A stretch of DNA of 64,000 nt from IMG/VR virus record IMGVR_UViG_3300045988_139610, one strand, 5' to 3'. Below the pieces are notes generated by a model, which worked only from the letters and a program-made list of their open reading frames with translations, did no database searches and was not told the DNA's origin. This DNA comes from a virus. Positions 45,361 to 53,315 of the stretch are shown here, in pieces. A program made the translations under genes and the position numbers. Position 1 is the first letter of the stretch. Each line of letters opens with the position of its first letter.

Positions 45361-45388
45361 AAAAAATTAGAGGGAAATTAATCCCTCT
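45361..45388 (-). terminator. rho-independent terminator after the ParR-like gene
   Basis: Sense AGAGGGA-TTAATT-TCCCTCT followed by AATTTTTT. Confidence 0.7.
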
Positions 45389-45637
45389 TTATAAATTTAG
45401 GTCATCTAATGAAAAGTCAAATTCATCTTGTTTCCTTTCTTCTACCTTTACAGTTTCACGTGAAACGTCTGTTATTACTGTCGCTCCATTAGCTAAATAG
45501 CTTTGTTCAATCTGCATGTGTAATCTTAACAAATCTTTTATATATCCCGTTTTGCTAGTTTTCCCATTTAAAAATTCTATAATATCTTTATCTTTTTCAT
45601 TGAAGGTCAATCTAACCTCTTTAATAGTCTTCTTCAT
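45389..45637 (-). CDS. ParR-like ribbon-helix-helix adaptor (putative)
   Basis: 82 aa immediately downstream of parM. The N-terminus KEVRLTFNEKDKDIIEFLNG..GYIKDLLRLHM fits a strand-helix-helix pattern. Confidence 0.4.
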   Translation of the reverse strand: MKKTIKEVRLTFNEKDKDIIEFLNGKTSKTGYIKDLLRLHMQIEQSYLANGATVITDVSRETVKVEERKQDEFDFSLDDLNL

Positions 45638-45645
45638 AATATCAC

Positions 45646-46560
45646 CTACTTATATATTTTATTAGCTATATTTAATAAACCTTGTGCTTGTAAAGTTATA
45701 TCTTCAGATGATATTGTTTGTTGATATATCTTTTTCATTGTAGGTGATATAATTTTAGCTCCACCACCAATAATGAGAATATTTGAATTCTTGATGTTAT
45801 TTGCTTGCCCTTTTATTTCATTTACTAAATTAACTATAAATTTCTTAACTAACTCTTCTTTGTATTTGAAATCACCTACTAATAAAGATTCTTCATTATC
45901 AAATATTCTTTTTGTTTGTTCTAATGATAATGATAAATCATATGTTAAGTTAAGATATTCTCTACAAGAATTGTATAAATCAAACAATCCTAATCTTATA
46001 CTAAATCCATCTTTTAATTGCATTTTATTATCGTAGATTGTAATATCGCATGTATTCCCACCTATATCCACAACCATCGTGTCTACATTTTTATTTAATT
46101 TATTCATTATACCTTGTATAGATTTGATTGAATAAGACTCTGGAAGTATTGTAACATTCTCAATTACTATGCTTCTTTTAATCCCATTTATAATTATAGT
46201 CTTTTTATTATTCTTTTTAATATAATCTTCCATTTTATCTTTCTTTTTATATTGATTAACAGGACAACAAGTTACCAAATTGATATTGTTTTCCGTATCT
46301 TTTGTAGCATTTGCTATACAATAATAAAGTAATATTAAATAATTGTCTTTTTTATATTTTAAAAGTTCATTTTCATACTTTCCTTCACCAATTAAATAAC
46401 CCTCATCATCTATAGTGAATTTTTGATTTTGTGAAAAGTCATCTAAACCATTTTCGCATTGTTTAATTCTCGATTCACAAATACAACTCCCATTATTAGA
46501 TATAGCTATTGATGTTAAATTACCGATGTCTACTCCTATATTGATAATATTTTTACTCAT
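45646..46560 (-). CDS. parM: actin-like segregation ATPase (ParM/Alp family)
   Basis: Actin-fold motifs GVDIGNLTS, VVDIGGNTCD and IIGGGAKI. ATG at 46558-46560 follows GGAGAG. Confidence 0.7.
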   Translation of the reverse strand: MSKNIINIGVDIGNLTSIAISNNGSCICESRIKQCENGLDDFSQNQKFTIDDEGYLIGEGKYENELLKYKKDNYLILLYYCIANATKDTENNINLVTCCPVNQYKKKDKMEDYIKKNNKKTIIINGIKRSIVIENVTILPESYSIKSIQGIMNKLNKNVDTMVVDIGGNTCDITIYDNKMQLKDGFSIRLGLFDLYNSCREYLNLTYDLSLSLEQTKRIFDNEESLLVGDFKYKEELVKKFIVNLVNEIKGQANNIKNSNILIIGGGAKIISPTMKKIYQQTISSEDITLQAQGLLNIANKIYK

Positions 46561-46620
46561 AATATCACTCTCCAAAATATTGATTATTATACACCTCTAC
46601 CCTATAGGTTATATAATAAA

Positions 46621-46683
46621 AAATACGACATAAATTAATAATGATTTTCAATTAATACATTACAATAATTTTATATCGTATTT
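46621..46683. promoter_or_regulatory. candidate parC-like inverted repeat upstream of parM
   Basis: AAATACGACAT (46621-46631) and ATATCGTATTT (46673-46683) are reverse complements at 10 of 11 positions, 41 nt apart. Confidence 0.3.
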
Positions 46684-46845
46684 ACCTCCTTTACTTTAAT
46701 ATATGCTCTAATTACAAAAATGTTGACTATATATTCATATATTTTGTAAAAATATTTATCACAATCTCTTTCCCTGTTCTCTCTAGGATGTCCAAAATCC
46801 TTGTTAAATGCCATTCTAAGGGTTCTGCATTAGTTAAAGGAGTAA

Positions 46846-47520
46846 TTAATCCTCAAACATATTGATTTGAATACTTGGTTTGTAATCATTACAAATATCA
46901 ATTAATAATTTCACGTTATTTCTGGAATAATTTAAATCTTCCCATTTGGATACTCCGACCTCATAGAAAAACATTTCTTTTATAATATTATAATCTTTAT
47001 TAACTTTACTAATACCTAAATGTTCTTTAATTATTTTACCGTAATCAAATACATCTTTTGCTCTTATACCAACTAAATGTTTTATTTCTTCTATTTGTTT
47101 ATCTTGTTCCTCAATCTTATATTTCATATCTTCAACTAATTGATTCATATCGTTTAATAATTCTGGAAACTCATTAAAATCTTGTATTTCATATTTACCT
47201 GTTTTTCTTATTTGTGGTAATACTTCATCCATAACCCACTCTTCAAATTTTTGTGCTGAAGGTAATTTACTACCTATTATTAATCTGTATAAATCACCTT
47301 CATTGATTAAAGTTGTTTGAGTTTTAACCACCTTGCCATTTTGGCAATGTGATATCATTTCTTTTCTTTTATGTTTACACTTTTTAGATATAGTAGCACT
47401 TGGGTCTGAATATCCTAAAATCGACGCTATATCTTTACCTACAAACCAAGGTTCATTACTTATATTTATCACTCTTATTTTCCCAAATTCATCATTGTTA
47501 AATAACATTAATTCGTTCAT
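46846..47520 (-). CDS. BRO-N domain antirepressor-like protein
   Basis: LMLFNNDEFGKIRVINISNEPWFVGKDIASILGYSDPS matches the recalled Bro-N pattern. Confidence 0.75.
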   Translation of the reverse strand: MNELMLFNNDEFGKIRVINISNEPWFVGKDIASILGYSDPSATISKKCKHKRKEMISHCQNGKVVKTQTTLINEGDLYRLIIGSKLPSAQKFEEWVMDEVLPQIRKTGKYEIQDFNEFPELLNDMNQLVEDMKYKIEEQDKQIEEIKHLVGIRAKDVFDYGKIIKEHLGISKVNKDYNIIKEMFFYEVGVSKWEDLNYSRNNVKLLIDICNDYKPSIQINMFED

Positions 47521-47623
47521 AATATCTCCTCCTATTTTATTAATTATTTTTACTTAAACTTTCTAAATCTCCATAAAATTCCATCATATCATCCTCTCAA
47601 ACCTAGTAATATCAATTGTTCGT

Positions 47624-47680
47624 ATAAAAGTGTACCCGCTTTGCATGAAAGTGTACCTGCTTTACATAAAAGTGTACCCT
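47624..47680. repeat. three 21-bp direct repeats (iteron-like)
   Basis: AAAGTGTACC at 47627, 47648 and 47669. Units are ATAAAAGTGTACCCGCTTTGC, ATGAAAGTGTACCTGCTTTAC and ATAAAAGTGTACCCT... Confidence 0.8.
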
Positions 47681-47681
47681 A

Positions 47682-47710
47682 ATAAATAGATAAATATATA
47701 AATAGATAAA
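47682..47710. repeat. two ATAAATAGATAAA 13-mers in a pure A/T stretch (possible DNA-unwinding element)
   Basis: Copies at 47682-47694 and 47698-47710, adjacent to the iterons. Confidence 0.6.
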
Positions 47711-47720
47711 AAAATAAATA

Positions 47721-48617
47721 TTAATCTCTTTTTTCTCTTTCTTCTTTTTCTCTTCTTCTTTCTATATATTCTTCATACGATATAAGTCGAATGTAAGTTA
47801 CAGAAGTATAAACTATCTTCCCATTTTTATTTTGTATTTTTTCTGTTTTCGTATATTTTTCAATTAAATCAATATCCCTTAATAAATCAAGAGTTTTATT
47901 AAGTTCTTTTTTATTTTTCCCACTATCTGAATTCAATCCAATATTATTGTTTATGCTTTCTTTTATTATTCTTGTAAAAGTTTTAGTGTTGCATCTATAT
48001 TTCAACAACATATAAACTTTTATAGTTGACGATTTTAAATCATTAAGTAATGTTTTTAATATTTCTTCTTCTATAGTAACATATTTACGTCCGTCTTTAT
48101 TCTTATAATTAATTATATATGTAGTTTTTCCATTTATAATTTTCGCAACAACTAAGCTACTTTCTAATTTGGCTAATTTCTTTATATTCCTTTTAACAGT
48201 GTCAAATTTATTTTTACTATACTCTTCAATTTTAGATTGGTTAAGTATTAAATCATCTTCTGTGATATATCTATGGTCTTCACCTTTAGTATATTTACTA
48301 AATAAGGTCATCAAACCATATGTGTTATAATCGCATTTCTTATCCTTCATGTTCTTTTCATCTGTACTTATTGGGAATCTAATAATATTGTCTTTAGACA
48401 TACCGATAGCAACTGTGTCTTTATCTATTATTAAATCTTTTATATCATCGTCTACACCAATCATTTCACCTATTAAATCATAATCTAATTCTCTTTGAGA
48501 TTCAGTATCATCTATATCTGGAATCTCATTAAACTGATTTCCTATTAAATCATAATTTAATTGTTTTTGATAATCTAATTCTTCCAAGTTATCACCTCCT
48601 TTACCACCATAACGCAT
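47721..48617 (-). CDS. putative plasmid-type replication initiator (winged-helix-like repeats)
   Basis: Lies immediately upstream of the iterons. The basic C-terminal half has a two-domain look. N-terminal LDY.LIG repeats. A TTG at 48585-48587 behind AAGGAGGTGATAAC may be the real start. No family motif verified. Confidence 0.4.
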   Translation of the reverse strand: MRYGGKGGDNLEELDYQKQLNYDLIGNQFNEIPDIDDTESQRELDYDLIGEMIGVDDDIKDLIIDKDTVAIGMSKDNIIRFPISTDEKNMKDKKCDYNTYGLMTLFSKYTKGEDHRYITEDDLILNQSKIEEYSKNKFDTVKRNIKKLAKLESSLVVAKIINGKTTYIINYKNKDGRKYVTIEEEILKTLLNDLKSSTIKVYMLLKYRCNTKTFTRIIKESINNNIGLNSDSGKNKKELNKTLDLLRDIDLIEKYTKTEKIQNKNGKIVYTSVTYIRLISYEEYIERRREKEEREKRD

Positions 48618-49008
48618 ATTTTATTAAATCATATATTTTCCATATAGATTCTATTTTATCTATCACTTCTTGTTCTTTTCTCTTTTTATCAAAAGGTTCT
48701 AATGTTAGTTCTAATCTTAATCCCTCAAGAATTTTATTTATACATTCTTCTTGTGTTAATTCTTCCTCATTATATTTAAATGTGTGGAAACTTAAATTTA
48801 CTATTCCTTTAGTTATTTCTTTATATTTGCATAAACGTTCATATAATAATAAATTCATAGTAAAATTTAAATCCCATGTTTCTCTTTCATCAAAACCATC
48901 TTCATATATTTCCTCTGTCCAATATTTTTCTCTTGAATCACCTTTATTCCATCCCCACGGAGTTTCTTTTAATTCTATTCCTATTTCTTTAAGATATCTT
49001 CTGCCCAT
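48601..49008 (-). CDS. hypothetical protein
   Basis: ORF in the array. Confidence 0.5.
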   Translation of the reverse strand: MGRRYLKEIGIELKETPWGWNKGDSREKYWTEEIYEDGFDERETWDLNFTMNLLLYERLCKYKEITKGIVNLSFHTFKYNEEELTQEECINKILEGLRLELTLEPFDKKRKEQEVIDKIESIWKIYDLIKYALWW

Positions 49009-49115
49009 TTTTTATACCTCCTAATAAAAATTTCATTTTATTTGACTTTATCTCTTTTAAAAATTATAAAATTTTACCTCTTTGTTTAATAGTATTAAGT
49101 TATTGCTTTTTTGTC

Positions 49116-49295
49116 TCAAGATAGTCTCTTTCCCTTATAGTTTATAGCTACATTTAAATAATCTAATGTTGTTTCTAAACATACATATTCTTCATAGTCT
49201 GGATTTATATCATTTTTCACTTTTTCAATAATATCATATGCTTTTCTTAATTCTTCTCTTTTATCTTCTTTTAACAAAATATAATTTTCATTCAT
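49116..49295 (-). CDS. small hypothetical protein (59 aa)
   Basis: MNENYILLKEDKREELRKAYDIIEKVKNDINPDYEEYVCLETTLDYLNVAINYKGKRLS. Below the track cut-off. Confidence 0.4.
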   Translation of the reverse strand: MNENYILLKEDKREELRKAYDIIEKVKNDINPDYEEYVCLETTLDYLNVAINYKGKRLS

Positions 49296-49322
49296 GTCTT
49301 ACCACCCCTTTATTAATTATTT

Positions 49323-49508
49323 TCACATATCTGACTTTTCCATAAGTTGTTTAAAATCCTCAAATTCATCGAGTATTTTATTTATATCTTTATTTAATTC
49401 ACAATCATTACAGGAATGATTGCATATACTTTGACTATCACATATTGTTGCTATGACTAATTCTTTTATTTCTTCTAATTTATCTAACATTTCTTCTATA
49501 TACATCAT
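49323..49508 (-). CDS. small Cys-rich protein
   Basis: ICDSQSICNHSCNDCELNKD. Confidence 0.45.
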   Translation of the reverse strand: MMYIEEMLDKLEEIKELVIATICDSQSICNHSCNDCELNKDINKILDEFEDFKQLMEKSDM

Positions 49509-49536
49509 ATTATTATTCTCCTTTTATTAATTATTT

Positions 49537-49707
49537 TTATCTATCGCTTAATTGAGTAACAGATACATTTTCGATAACTCTTTCGTCTTTAGTTTCTAGT
49601 ATATATTTAAAGTTAACCAAGTCGTATGTTACCCCTGTAACTCTACATTTTATTTTCTTAGTTCCTTTCTTTGGTCGGTAATAAATCCAATCATTAATAT
49701 TAAACAT
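49537..49707 (-). CDS. small hypothetical protein (56 aa)
   Basis: MFNINDWIYYRPKKGTKKIKCRVTGVTYDLVNFKYILETKDERVIENVSVTQLSDR. Behind a class-A promoter. Confidence 0.45.
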   Translation of the reverse strand: MFNINDWIYYRPKKGTKKIKCRVTGVTYDLVNFKYILETKDERVIENVSVTQLSDR

Positions 49708-49731
49708 AATATTTACCCCCTTATACTTATA

Positions 49732-49759
49732 ATTATAATACTTTTATTTATATTGTCAA
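49732..49759 (-). promoter_or_regulatory. class-A sigma-A-type promoter
   Basis: Sense TTGACA-N16-TATAAT. Confidence 0.65.
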
Positions 49760-49792
49760 TGCTTTATTAATTATTTTTACTTCAATGTCTTA

Positions 49793-50524
49793 TTAATAAT
49801 TTATTGCATTTTCTTTATTCACAAAGAAATGTATTCCAGTACTGCATTCATTCCATCTATTATTATCAAAATTATCCACACTTACTATTTCTCCAACTTT
49901 GTATATGAAATTGCTGTCATAACTACTTCTTATTTCTTTTACTTTATCTCCCGTTTCAATGTTTTCTATATCTAATACTTTAGCTTTATCACATCTACAT
50001 TTTGCAGTAGTCGCACTACTTCTTTTAGAATCTTCTAATATCAATAACTTAACTATACATCCATTAGCTTTCTTATATCCTATAAAACTACCAGTTTCTG
50101 GACAAGCTAAATTATAACCAATAGTATGAATATTTGTTTTTATATCTTTTAAATTAGCACTACTTAAATCAGCACATCTCAAATTAGTATCTTTTAAATT
50201 AGAATAGCTTAAATTAGAATAGCTTAAATCTGCATTACTTAAATTAGTATATCTTAAATCAGCATATCTTAAATCTGCACATCTTAAATTGACACATCTT
50301 AAATCAGTATATCTTAAATTAGTATATCTTAAATCTGCATATTTTAAATTAACACATCTTAAATTAGTATTACTTAAATTAGCATTTTTTAAATTAGCGT
50401 TTTTTAAATTAGCACCACTTAAATCAACATTACTTAAATTAGCACGTTTTCCTCCTTCTCTTTTTAACCACAATTCATGTTCCTTTAATATTTTATTTAA
50501 TTCTTCTTGATTTATATTTTTCAT
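49793..50524 (-). CDS. pentapeptide-repeat protein with DUF5758-like C-terminal domain
   Basis: About 20 A(D/N)LxY-type repeats (ANLKNANLSNTNLRCVNLKYADLRYTNL..). C-terminus ..CSTGIHFFVNKENAINY. Confidence 0.75.
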   Translation of the reverse strand: MKNINQEELNKILKEHELWLKREGGKRANLSNVDLSGANLKNANLKNANLSNTNLRCVNLKYADLRYTNLRYTDLRCVNLRCADLRYADLRYTNLSNADLSYSNLSYSNLKDTNLRCADLSSANLKDIKTNIHTIGYNLACPETGSFIGYKKANGCIVKLLILEDSKRSSATTAKCRCDKAKVLDIENIETGDKVKEIRSSYDSNFIYKVGEIVSVDNFDNNRWNECSTGIHFFVNKENAINY

Positions 50525-50540
50525 ATTTATTTCTCCTTTA

Positions 50541-51116
50541 TTAATTATTTTTAATTTCTTTTATTATATCTTTAATTAAATTGATTTTTCTATTAATTGT
50601 CACACTACTTACATTTAATTTTTTAGATATATTTTTTTGCTTGTATCCATCCATTAACATATCCATAATTATATGTAATTCTTCTGCATTAATCTTATTA
50701 AATTTATTAATATTTCTTTTTTTTATTATACTATCAAATTCATTCATTAATTCTATATATTCGATATTTTGATATTCTAAATCTATTTTTCCTATAGTAT
50801 CTAATAGAGTAGTCTGTTCTTTATCATCGTCAGATATATTAACATCCATAGATATAAGCATATCTTTGTCTCTATAATAAGTGTTTCTTAAATAGACATT
50901 GTATGAATTGTATATAATTGCACAAATAAATTTTTTAATATCCCCTTTAGACTCATCAAATTTATTTCTAGATTCCCAAAGTTGTAGTAACGAATATTGA
51001 ATCATATCTTCTTTAATTTTGAAAAATCCATTATAATTTTTATTATATATCTTACCAGCTAATTCTAAAGATAAATTTACATATTCTGTATCACTTATCA
51101 TTGTTTTACTCATCAC
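50541..51116 (-). CDS. small sigma-70-family factor (regions 2 and 4 only), copy 1
   Basis: 191 aa. Region-2-like LLQLWESRNKFDESKGDIKKFICAIIYNSY. Region-4 HTH EELHIIMDMLMDGYKQKNISKKLNVSSVTINRKINLIK. Confidence 0.6.
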   Translation of the reverse strand: MMSKTMISDTEYVNLSLELAGKIYNKNYNGFFKIKEDMIQYSLLQLWESRNKFDESKGDIKKFICAIIYNSYNVYLRNTYYRDKDMLISMDVNISDDDKEQTTLLDTIGKIDLEYQNIEYIELMNEFDSIIKKRNINKFNKINAEELHIIMDMLMDGYKQKNISKKLNVSSVTINRKINLIKDIIKEIKNN

Positions 51117-51193
51117 TTTACCCCCTATAGTTTATTAATTATTTTTATCTATACATAGATTGTATGATATTGTAATGATATTTGCCACCTCCT

Positions 51194-51784
51194 TTATTCA
51201 TTATTTTTTATTTCTGTAATTATATCTTTTATTCTATTGACTTTCTTATTAACATTCGTACTGCTTACTCCTAACATTTTGCTGATTTCGCATTTATTAT
51301 AGCCTTCATATAGTTTATTAATTATAAAATGTAACTCATCCAAATCTATTTTTCTACTTGTATGTTTATTTCTCTCTTCAACTATATTATTAAATTTATT
51401 TATAAACTCTTGTTTTTCAATATTTTTATAGTTGATATCTTCTTTAAGAAAATGACTAATTAATTTATTATATTCCTTTCTACAATCCAGTAATGTATCA
51501 TTCATTGTATATATTCCTTCAGCAGAAATAACTTTACCTTTATTTTTATATACAAAGTCTCTCACATATTTTGTCATGCTCTTCCATGCAATAGCATTAA
51601 GATAAGTATTTAATGAAACATTTTTGCTTTCATCATATCTTTTTATGGCACTACACATTTGCATATAAGCATATGATTGCATATCGTCTTTAAATAGAGA
51701 GAATGTTTTAAATCGTTTATTCCATATTCCCTTTGTTATTTTTATCATCAATCTTCCTTGTTCTTCTGAAATTTTTTCTTTCAT
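51194..51784 (-). CDS. small sigma-70-family factor, copy 2 (tandem paralog)
   Basis: 196 aa with the same layout. HTH DELHFIINKLYEGYNKCEISKMLGVSSTNVNKKVNRIK. Confidence 0.6.
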   Translation of the reverse strand: MKEKISEEQGRLMIKITKGIWNKRFKTFSLFKDDMQSYAYMQMCSAIKRYDESKNVSLNTYLNAIAWKSMTKYVRDFVYKNKGKVISAEGIYTMNDTLLDCRKEYNKLISHFLKEDINYKNIEKQEFINKFNNIVEERNKHTSRKIDLDELHFIINKLYEGYNKCEISKMLGVSSTNVNKKVNRIKDIITEIKNNE

Positions 51785-51816
51785 GTTTTCTTCCCCTTGT
51801 TTATCTTATACTATAT

Positions 51817-51845
51817 ATCATATGAACTTACTTGCCAAAAGTCAA
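51817..51845 (-). promoter_or_regulatory. class-A sigma-A-type promoter of the sigma-factor gene
   Basis: Sense TTGACT-N17-TATGAT. Confidence 0.6.
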
Positions 51846-51858
51846 TACCTTTGACAAG
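51831..51858. promoter_or_regulatory. dyad CTTGCCAAA-N10-TTTGACAAG overlapping the -35
   Basis: The half-sites are reverse complements at 8 of 9 positions. Confidence 0.4.
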
Positions 51859-51874
51859 ATTTTATTAATTATTT

Positions 51875-52486
51875 TTAATTATCTTCTTCCCTACACCATT
51901 TTCTAAATACAATATGATATTCATCTTCCCACAAATCTAAAACAAATCCTTTATTTACATCAGTTACATCGACAAGACTTTCGTTACAACAATACATCCA
52001 ATCTTTTATATCTTTTTTATCAACTAAATTTACGTCAAAATAATATTCCTTATTTTTATTAAATATAAGCTCTTTTGAATGATTATTTATAGGTTTATCT
52101 TCTAAATTATCTAATAATGAAAATCCTGCATCTGTCCAATGGTCATTTTTATCTATACCAAAAAATATTTTTCCTTCAAATTCTTTAGGTTTACTGCCTT
52201 TTAGACTTGATTTTGTTTGTATTGTTCCTATAACATCATTTATAATGTCATTCCCATATACATTTTCTGTTTCTGTGGATTTAACATCTACTTCTATTTT
52301 ATTGCAACTATAAGGAAATACAACGTATTCCTCACCTTCTACTTTAACAATGCCTATATATTCAGTTTCTGGCTCTACAATTAATCCATCACATACACTT
52401 GTCCAAGTAAATTTCTCACCATTATAAAGATAATACTTATTTTCACTAAAGACATATAATGCTTTTAAATCAAATTTATCTAACAT
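51875..52486 (-). CDS. hypothetical protein
   Basis: ORF in the array. The C-terminus YHIVFRKWCRE resembles the C-terminus of 54196..54549 (YIVFVNWCKE). Confidence 0.5.
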   Translation of the reverse strand: MLDKFDLKALYVFSENKYYLYNGEKFTWTSVCDGLIVEPETEYIGIVKVEGEEYVVFPYSCNKIEVDVKSTETENVYGNDIINDVIGTIQTKSSLKGSKPKEFEGKIFFGIDKNDHWTDAGFSLLDNLEDKPINNHSKELIFNKNKEYYFDVNLVDKKDIKDWMYCCNESLVDVTDVNKGFVLDLWEDEYHIVFRKWCREEDN

Positions 52487-52540
52487 ATTTTCTCCTCCTT
52501 ATATTCGATTTTAAGACTTTCCACGTTGATACTTAACTAA

Positions 52541-52804
52541 TTAATCCTCGTATTTCCAATTGTCGCTTAAAAACTTTACTGATTCGTCACAACATAATTC
52601 AGCCTTAATCATATTCCAGCTTAATAAATTACATTCACTTAAATACATCATATTATTTGTATAATTATTTATTTGTTCCTCACTCATTCCTAATGTTTTT
52701 ATAATATATTTTTTTGAATACCATACTTCACCGTGATTAGATACATCTTCTGTTACATAATCTATTAAATTTAATATCTGTTTTAAACTTAATATTTCAT
52801 TCAT
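52541..52804 (-). CDS. hypothetical protein
   Basis: ORF in the array. Confidence 0.45.
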   Translation of the reverse strand: MNEILSLKQILNLIDYVTEDVSNHGEVWYSKKYIIKTLGMSEEQINNYTNNMMYLSECNLLSWNMIKAELCCDESVKFLSDNWKYED

Positions 52805-52821
52805 ATTAAAACCTCCTTTTA

Positions 52822-53250
52822 TTAATTATTTTCTTCTACTTCTTTTGTTATACCTAAATAACTTCCTCCAATGCTTTCCACCCATGTTATAAATTCTTCA
52901 ATAAATCTTTCTTCGTCCATTTCAGATATAACAATTCCGTTTATTTCCACGCTGTGAGGTTTTCTTTCTTTGACAAAATCTTTCCAATCAATAATAGGTA
53001 AATGACTATAATTTTTCTTATAAAAATTAACGGTTCCATAAACTAAAGTTTTATGTTCTTCTTTATATTGATATCGTAAACAAGAGTTATATCCATATTC
53101 ATTATACATTGTGTATAATAATGAAAATAGATTTTCTTCTTCTGGTAAACAAACTTTACTTTGTTCATAAAAATCTCTTACATCATTAATTTCTTCAAAA
53201 TGGATTATTAATTCCCCATCTTTAAATTTTTTCCAATTTGCTTTGTTCAT
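52822..53250 (-). CDS. hypothetical protein
   Basis: ORF behind a class-A promoter. Confidence 0.5.
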   Translation of the reverse strand: MNKANWKKFKDGELIIHFEEINDVRDFYEQSKVCLPEEENLFSLLYTMYNEYGYNSCLRYQYKEEHKTLVYGTVNFYKKNYSHLPIIDWKDFVKERKPHSVEINGIVISEMDEERFIEEFITWVESIGGSYLGITKEVEENN

Positions 53251-53274
53251 AATATCTACCTCCCTATACTTATA

Positions 53275-53303
53275 ATTATATAACCTTCAATATCATTTGT
53301 CAA
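53275..53303 (-). promoter_or_regulatory. class-A sigma-A-type promoter
   Basis: Sense TTGACA-N17-TATAAT. Confidence 0.65.
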
Positions 53304-53315
53304 TAAGTTTATTAA

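Noticed and set aside
9586-46683. Shared ATCGTATT/ATACGAT core linking E1/E2 with the parM-upstream inverted repeat as one binding-site family.
   Set aside because: Only 8 nt are common. By rough estimate such an 8-mer is expected several times by chance in 128 kb of two-strand sequence, and the same core also occurs inside some class-B promoters (TTAATACGATAATAT). This is too weak to claim.
49042-49070. Plus-strand promoter-like TTGACT-N17-TATAAA that would give an antisense transcript across 49116..49295.
   Set aside because: This is a single occurrence with a weak -10, in very A/T-rich DNA where such matches arise easily. No plus-strand ORF or structure lies downstream.
44700-50460. DNA-level 15-nt periodic repeats at about 44700-44880 and 50150-50460.
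   Set aside because: They are the direct consequence of coding five-residue protein repeats (NTGxW and A(D/N)LxY). The periodicity is in frame and confined to the ORFs, so they are not independent DNA elements.
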